DNA of 32,899 bases from contig CAYTQE010000001.1 of NCBI GenBank assembly GCA_964439985.1, positions 1 through 32,899 of the forward strand, written 5' to 3'. Shown one piece after another: positions 27,692 through 32,899 of the stretch. The position numbers were made by a program, and so were the translations under genes. The stretch's first letter is position 1. Every line of letters starts with the position of its first letter. Source of the DNA: an uncultured Muribaculaceae bacterium (GTDB taxonomy: Bacteria > Bacillota_I > Bacilli_A > RF39 > UBA660). The notes beneath the pieces are model-generated. The model saw only the letters and a list, made by a program, of their open reading frames with translations. It was not told where the DNA came from and ran no database searches.

Positions 27692-28819
27692 ATGGTCTAC
27701 TTAGATTATAGCGCTACTACTCCAGTTTTACCTGAAGTTTTAGATAGTTATATAAAAGTTACAAATGAATATTTTGGTAATCCTAACAGCTTACATAGTT
27801 TAGGAACCAAATCTAAAGAATTATTAAAAAGTGCAATCACTCAAATCAGTGATCTTTTAAAAATAGAAACAAAAGAAATTGTTTTAACTAGTGGAGCAAC
27901 AGAATCAAATAATATTGCCTTAATAGGGACAGCTTTAGCTTATTCTAAAAAAGGTAAACATATTATTGTTTCAAAATTAGAACATGATTCTATTTATGGA
28001 ATATGTAAATATCTAGAAGATAATGGTTTTACAATTGATTATGTTAATAATAATCAAGAAGGTGTTATTGATTTTGATGATTTAAAAAAAATGATTAAAC
28101 CAGAAACTATATTAGTAAGTATTAATGCTGTTAATAGTGAATTAGGTATAAGACAACCACTTAAGACAATTAAACAAGTTATTACTAAGGAAAATCCAAA
28201 TACTATTTTTCATAGTGATATGACACAAGCAATAGGTAAAGTGCCAATAAATTTAAATGATGTTGATTTAGCTTCAATTAGTTCTCATAAAATATATGGT
28301 CCAAAAGGTATCGGACTTTTATATAAAAGAGACAGTTTAAATATTAAGCCATTAATGTATGGAAGTGATGAATCAATAAGACCAGGAACACCAGCTCTTC
28401 CGCTTATAATAACATTATCTAAAGCTTTAAGGATTGCAATTACAGACTTAAATCAAAAAGAAGAGAGAATAAATAAATATAATCAAAAAATTTGTGATCA
28501 TTTAAAAAAATATCCTAAAATTTTAATTAATAAAACTAAATATTCAATTCCTCATATTTTAAATATCAGTTTAATGAATATAAAACCAGAAACATTTATT
28601 CACGCCTTAGAAAAGCATGACATATATGTTGGTTCTAACACAGCTTGTTCCTCTGGTAAAGTAAGTGCAGCTGTACTTAATTTATATCAAGATAAAGCTA
28701 GAGCATTAACTACTATTCGTATTAGTTTGTCTCATTTGACTAAAAATGAAGAAATTAATATATTTCTGCACCAATTTGATTTAATATATACTCGTTTAAA
28801 TGAACTAACAAATGATTAA
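27692..28819 (+). CDS. Cysteine desulfurase (class V aminotransferase, NifS/IscS/NifZ-like)
   Basis: PLP-lysine motif SSHKIYGPKGIG, active-site Cys loop GSNTACSSG, and N-terminal YLDYSATTP. Confidence 0.9.
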   Translation: MVYLDYSATTPVLPEVLDSYIKVTNEYFGNPNSLHSLGTKSKELLKSAITQISDLLKIETKEIVLTSGATESNNIALIGTALAYSKKGKHIIVSKLEHDSIYGICKYLEDNGFTIDYVNNNQEGVIDFDDLKKMIKPETILVSINAVNSELGIRQPLKTIKQVITKENPNTIFHSDMTQAIGKVPINLNDVDLASISSHKIYGPKGIGLLYKRDSLNIKPLMYGSDESIRPGTPALPLIITLSKALRIAITDLNQKEERINKYNQKICDHLKKYPKILINKTKYSIPHILNISLMNIKPETFIHALEKHDIYVGSNTACSSGKVSAAVLNLYQDKARALTTIRISLSHLTKNEEINIFLHQFDLIYTRLNELTND

Positions 28820-28847
28820 AAATGCTTTTTCTTTAAAAAGCATTTTT
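28818..28847 (+). terminator. Intrinsic terminator after the cysteine desulfurase gene
   Basis: A 13-bp stem (aaaaatgcttttt 28818-28830 pairs with aaaaagcattttt 28835-28847) with loop cttt and a trailing T-rich arm. Confidence 0.65.
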
Positions 28848-28925
28848 GTGTTTAATACTGATTAATCTAGTTCTTTAGCATGATGTATGCTATTATAATG
28901 GATAATATTTATAAAGGAGTTATCT

Positions 28926-30293
28926 ATGGAAAGTAAATTAAAAGAAATTAATCCTATTTTGTATTTTTTATGTCAAAAAGATAATATTTCTAAAATTTAC
29001 GACATAGTTTTAAATTTGACAAATGCATACAAAATAAATGATGAATCATTAACTGAATTAATTATTGAATTAAGAAATAAAATAATCCAAAAAGATAATA
29101 AAGAGAATATATTTTATTTAAAAAAAATAATAAATCTAGCTAGTGAAAAATTAATTGATGCTACTCAATTAATAGAGGTATTTTCTAATAGCGAAAAAGA
29201 AATAGATTTTCACTTCCTACTTAATATTATCGAAAATCGATTTTCTAATAATAATTTTGAAGAAGACTTAGTTATGTTAATTAATCACATTCTAAATAAT
29301 CAATATTTTAAAAAAATAATCAATGATAATTTAACATTTAAGAAAAGTTCATATTCATTAAACTTAGAACGATTAACTAAAATTATTTTATTTAGTGATA
29401 ATTATGATTTATTAAAACAAATCCTTTATTCTAGATACATCAATGATTTAACTCCAAGTACTTTAATAAAATTAGTTATATATATTTCTAAAAAAGAAAA
29501 TAAAAATTTTACAGAAGTATTTGAAACCATAAATTATAAACAAGATATTAATCAAATAAATAATCTAGTTAAAGTAACTAATGATGTTCTAGATTTATAT
29601 GATAATTTCTATGTTAAATATAATAATTCTGATAGCTTAGTTGAAAAAGATATAGTATATAACTCAGAAGAAGTATTAAAAAGCTATGATGAAGAAACAT
29701 TAGAGATGTATATAGATAGTTTAAATCATAACTATATAAATCATCGCCACTTTATTAATAAAAGTTATGATATTATGAGTGCAATGTTACGATTAAATAA
29801 AAAAAACTTAGCATTAGAAGTTTTTAATAAACCAAGTTATCAACCAATTAATAAAACTTTAAGAAAAAAAGTTTTAGACTCTAAAGATAATAGGATCGAA
29901 GAATTTGCTCATAGATTAAATAATAATATTCAGATTTGTTTAAAATATAATTATTATGATTTATTATTTGAAATAATATCTGCTAAAAAAATAGATAGTC
30001 TTCATGTCGGAATATTATATCAAATCATTCAAGATATAGAGATTTATAAAAAAATATCTAATGAAAACAATGAGTTTGGGCAATTAATTATTGATACGAT
30101 TTTATATAGAATAAGTACTGATGAATTAATAATATATCGTACTTTAAAGCAGGTTCTAGATAAAAACTTCTCAAATGTTTTAACTAAAGAAGGAGCTTTA
30201 GCTTTAATAAATGAAATAATATATGATCCAGAAACTACGATAGAAGAATTACTTGATCATAAACCTGAAAGATGGGCACGATTAATAAAGTAA
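28926..30293 (+). CDS. Hypothetical 455-aa protein (Asn/Ile/Lys-rich, predicted helical)
   Basis: Long ORF with an AAGGAG ribosome-binding site. No TM segment or catalytic motif recognised. It ends 11 nt before thiI. Confidence 0.55.
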   Translation: MESKLKEINPILYFLCQKDNISKIYDIVLNLTNAYKINDESLTELIIELRNKIIQKDNKENIFYLKKIINLASEKLIDATQLIEVFSNSEKEIDFHFLLNIIENRFSNNNFEEDLVMLINHILNNQYFKKIINDNLTFKKSSYSLNLERLTKIILFSDNYDLLKQILYSRYINDLTPSTLIKLVIYISKKENKNFTEVFETINYKQDINQINNLVKVTNDVLDLYDNFYVKYNNSDSLVEKDIVYNSEEVLKSYDEETLEMYIDSLNHNYINHRHFINKSYDIMSAMLRLNKKNLALEVFNKPSYQPINKTLRKKVLDSKDNRIEEFAHRLNNNIQICLKYNYYDLLFEIISAKKIDSLHVGILYQIIQDIEIYKKISNENNEFGQLIIDTILYRISTDELIIYRTLKQVLDKNFSNVLTKEGALALINEIIYDPETTIEELLDHKPERWARLIK

Positions 30294-30304
30294 AGAAGGT
30301 TAAT

Positions 30305-31486
30305 ATGAAAAAAATAATAATTATAAAATATGGGGAATTAAATACCAAAAAAGATAATATATCTTTTTTCTTAAAAGCTTTAAAGAATAATATATCAGCT
30401 TCTTTAAAAGATACTGCTCATAATATTATTTATGATAAAGGAAGAATGTTTATAGAAACTGAAGAATTTGAAGAAGTTTTAAAAATTTTAACAAATACAT
30501 TTGGTATTCATGAAATTAATATAGCTTATGAATTATTAGATACTGAAATAACTACCATTGAAAATAGTTTATTAAGTTTATTAAAAGATTATAATTTCAA
30601 AACATTTAAAGTTATAACCAAAAGAAGTGATAAAAATTATCCCTTAACTAGTTTAGATATAAATAAAAAAATTGGTGGGAATATTTTAAAACAAATCGCT
30701 AATATAAAAGTAGATGTTCATGAACCTGAATTAGAAATAAATATTGAAGTAAGAACTAAAAAAGCTTATATATATTTTGAAAAAGTTAAAGGACTAGGTG
30801 GTTATCCAGTTGGAACCCAAGGTAAAGGAATACTAATGTTATCTGGTGGAATAGATTCACCTGTAGCTGGTTATTTAGCCATGAAAAGAGGTATTCATTT
30901 AGAAGCGGTCTATTTTGAAAGTCCACCTCACACAAGTGAAAATGCTAAAAATAAAGTTCTTGAATTAGCGACTATTTTAGCTAATTATAGTGGATATATT
31001 AAAGTTCATATTGTTAGGTTTACAGAAATTCAAGAAACAATATATAAAAATATTTCTCATGATTATATGATTACTATAATGAGAAGAATGATGTATAGAA
31101 TAAGTGAGTCACTAGCCCATAAAAATAATTGTAAAATTATCATAAATGGTGAATCAGTTGGCCAAGTAGCAAGTCAAACTCTAACAAGTATAAGTGTTAT
31201 CAATGAAGTAATTAAAATGCCAGTGTTAAGACCTGTAGCTTGTTTTGATAAAAGCGAAATAATTACTTTAGCTAAAAAAATAAAAACATATGAGACTTCT
31301 ATAAAACCATATGAAGATTGTTGTACTATTTTCGTGCCTGAACATCCAGTAATAAATCCTGAAAGTGAAAAAGCTGTTTCATTTGAACAATTAATACCTT
31401 ATGAAGATTTAATAAAAGAAGCATTAAAAAATACTTCAACAATAAAAATTTATGATAATAATCAAGATTTCAGCGATATTTTATAA
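30305..31486 (+). CDS. thiI: tRNA 4-thiouridine synthase / sulfur carrier ThiI
   Basis: MKKIIIIKYGELNTKKDN N-terminus, a THUMP-like middle region and the PP-loop SGGIDSPVA. No rhodanese domain, as in Bacillus-type ThiI. The track start at 30272 is an over-extension. Confidence 0.9.
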   Translation: MKKIIIIKYGELNTKKDNISFFLKALKNNISASLKDTAHNIIYDKGRMFIETEEFEEVLKILTNTFGIHEINIAYELLDTEITTIENSLLSLLKDYNFKTFKVITKRSDKNYPLTSLDINKKIGGNILKQIANIKVDVHEPELEINIEVRTKKAYIYFEKVKGLGGYPVGTQGKGILMLSGGIDSPVAGYLAMKRGIHLEAVYFESPPHTSENAKNKVLELATILANYSGYIKVHIVRFTEIQETIYKNISHDYMITIMRRMMYRISESLAHKNNCKIIINGESVGQVASQTLTSISVINEVIKMPVLRPVACFDKSEIITLAKKIKTYETSIKPYEDCCTIFVPEHPVINPESEKAVSFEQLIPYEDLIKEALKNTSTIKIYDNNQDFSDIL

Positions 31487-31509
31487 AATAACGCCCATAA
31501 TATAAATGG

Positions 31510-31689
31510 GTGAGGCATGTGATAGTAAAAGGCTACGATATAGAAACTAAACATCATAGTAGACTCTTACATGAATTTATATGTGAATATGGAATTAATT
31601 TAAGTCATAAAGAAAATATAGATATATTTAAAGCTAGTATAAAACCACGTAATTGTCTTAAAGAAAGCCAAAAATCCAAAAAAAGATAG
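31510..31689 (+). CDS. Possible small ORF (56-59 aa), unknown
   Basis: GTG starts at 31510 or 31519 after GGGTGAGG give ...IVKGYDIETKHHSRLLHEFICEYGINLSHKENIDIFKASIKPRNCLKESQKSKKR. No family recognised; it may not be coding. Confidence 0.25.
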   Translation: MRHVIVKGYDIETKHHSRLLHEFICEYGINLSHKENIDIFKASIKPRNCLKESQKSKKR

Positions 31690-31730
31690 CAAATGCTGCT
31701 TTTTTTTTGTATAATTGAAGAGGTGATGAA

Positions 31731-32899
31731 ATGAAAATATTAAGTGTAAATGCTGGATCATCATCTTTAAAGTTTACTTTATTTGAGATGCCAGAAGAAA
31801 AAGAATTAATTAGCGGGGTATTTGAAAGAATTGGAATTGATAATTCATTTTACTCTATTAAATTTGATGGAGAAAAGAAAAAAATAGAAATTGATTTAAA
31901 AAATCATAAAATAGCTTTTGAAATATTGATAAAAGAATTAATTGATAATAAAATTATTAACAATTTAGAAGAAATTAAAGGAATAGGTCATCGAGTTGCT
32001 CAAGGTGGAGCATATTTTGATTCTACAGTAATTGCTACAAATGAAAATATGAAAATAATAGAAGACTTAGCGCCTCTAGCGCCTTTACATAATCCACCAG
32101 CGATAACTGGAGTAAGAGCAGCCCAAGAAATGTTTAAAGATGCGACTCAAACATTAGTCTTTGATACTGCTTTTCATCAAAGTATAGAAAAAGAAAATTA
32201 TTTATATCCAGTACCATATGAATGGTTTACTAAATATAATGTAAGAAGATATGGTTTTCATGGAACTAGTCATAAATATGTATATTTAAAAGCTAATGAA
32301 ATATTAGATAAAAATGATACTAAAATAATAACTTGTCATATCGGAAATGGGGCTAGTATTTCAGCAATTAAAAATGGAAAATGTATTAATACTTCAATGG
32401 GTATGACTCCAAATGCAGGTTTAATGATGGGGACTAGATGTGGAGATATAGATGCAACTATTTTAACATATATGATGAGAACTACTAATATGACTGTCGA
32501 TGAAATAGAAAATATTCTAAATAAAGAAAGTGGACTTTTAGGTATTTCTGGTGTTTCATCTGATTCTAGAGATATAGAAGATGGAATATCATGTAATGAT
32601 GAAAGATGTATTCTTGCTCAAGATATGTATGTTCGTAGAATTGTTGATTATATCGCTAAATATTATGTTGAACTAGGAGGATGCGATGCTTTAGTATTTA
32701 CTGCTGGAATTGGTGAAAATTCAGTTGATACTAGAGTAGATGTTTTAAATAGATTAAGTGTTTTAGGTGTAAAAATTGATTTAGAAAAAAATAATATTAG
32801 AGGTAAAGAAGCTAAAATATCAGCTGATGATTCTAAAATACCAGTATTTGTAATTCCAACAAATGAAGAATTAATGATTGCATTAGATACTTATACAAT
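31731..32899 (+). CDS. ackA: Acetate kinase, N-terminal ~390 aa (3' end lies outside the window)
   Basis: MKILSVNAGSSSLKFTLFEM, GHRVAQGG, PLAPLHNPP, RRYGFHGTSH and FTAGIGENS. GAGGTGA ribosome-binding site. The frame is open to the window end, so it is absent from the ORF track. Confidence 0.93.
   Translation, partial: MKILSVNAGSSSLKFTLFEMPEEKELISGVFERIGIDNSFYSIKFDGEKKKIEIDLKNHKIAFEILIKELIDNKIINNLEEIKGIGHRVAQGGAYFDSTVIATNENMKIIEDLAPLAPLHNPPAITGVRAAQEMFKDATQTLVFDTAFHQSIEKENYLYPVPYEWFTKYNVRRYGFHGTSHKYVYLKANEILDKNDTKIITCHIGNGASISAIKNGKCINTSMGMTPNAGLMMGTRCGDIDATILTYMMRTTNMTVDEIENILNKESGLLGISGVSSDSRDIEDGISCNDERCILAQDMYVRRIVDYIAKYYVELGGCDALVFTAGIGENSVDTRVDVLNRLSVLGVKIDLEKNNIRGKEAKISADDSKIPVFVIPTNEELMIALDTYT

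Noticed and set aside
1-32899. CRISPR arrays, tRNA or rRNA genes
   Set aside because: I noticed no regularly spaced direct repeats and no tRNA-like or rRNA-like GC-rich structured segments in any intergenic region. All gaps are short and AT-rich.

Overview
This is a 32.9 kb, very AT-rich chromosomal segment from a low-GC Gram-positive bacterium (Bacillota; Clostridia- or Erysipelotrichia-like, with possible sporulation-type tiny peptides). All calls rest on motifs read from the ORF translations and on hand inspection of the DNA; no searches were run.

Gene order:
- rny' (partial)
- dGTPase-like HD hydrolase and an LtaS-family sulfatase (both on the minus strand)
- a GT2-TPR glycosyltransferase fused in frame to an N-terminally truncated putrescine carbamoyltransferase, then aguD, aguA and carbamate kinase (the agmatine deiminase pathway)
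- a kinase-fold protein (minus strand)
- a three-gene radical-SAM/SPASM peptide cassette bounded by 189-bp direct repeats
- a NitT/TauT-type ABC importer (minus strand)
- an acidic coiled-coil protein
- a GH73-dockerin autolysin with a membrane-anchored cohesin protein
- recX, a small membrane protein, and prsA (minus strand)
- two tiny YjcZ-like peptide genes absent from the ORF track
- a lone HerA-like ATPase
- rpmB (minus strand, also absent from the ORF track)
- dnaE, a cysteine desulfurase, an unknown 455-aa protein, thiI, and ackA' (partial)

I saw no rRNA, tRNA, CRISPR array, transposase or integrase.

The best candidate for an undescribed system is at 10361-12318. A consensus promoter drives a 71-aa Cys-free precursor-like peptide with an H-D-N-type repeat core. 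Its stop overlaps the start of a radical SAM/SPASM enzyme, and an unknown 186-aa protein follows. The whole unit sits between two 97%-identical copies of the 3' end of the adjacent ABC permease gene, so it looks like an inserted cassette.

Secondary points of interest are the GT::carbamoyltransferase fusion at a sharp composition step, the non-cellulosomal cohesin-dockerin pair and the tiny Cys-rich hydrophobic peptides.
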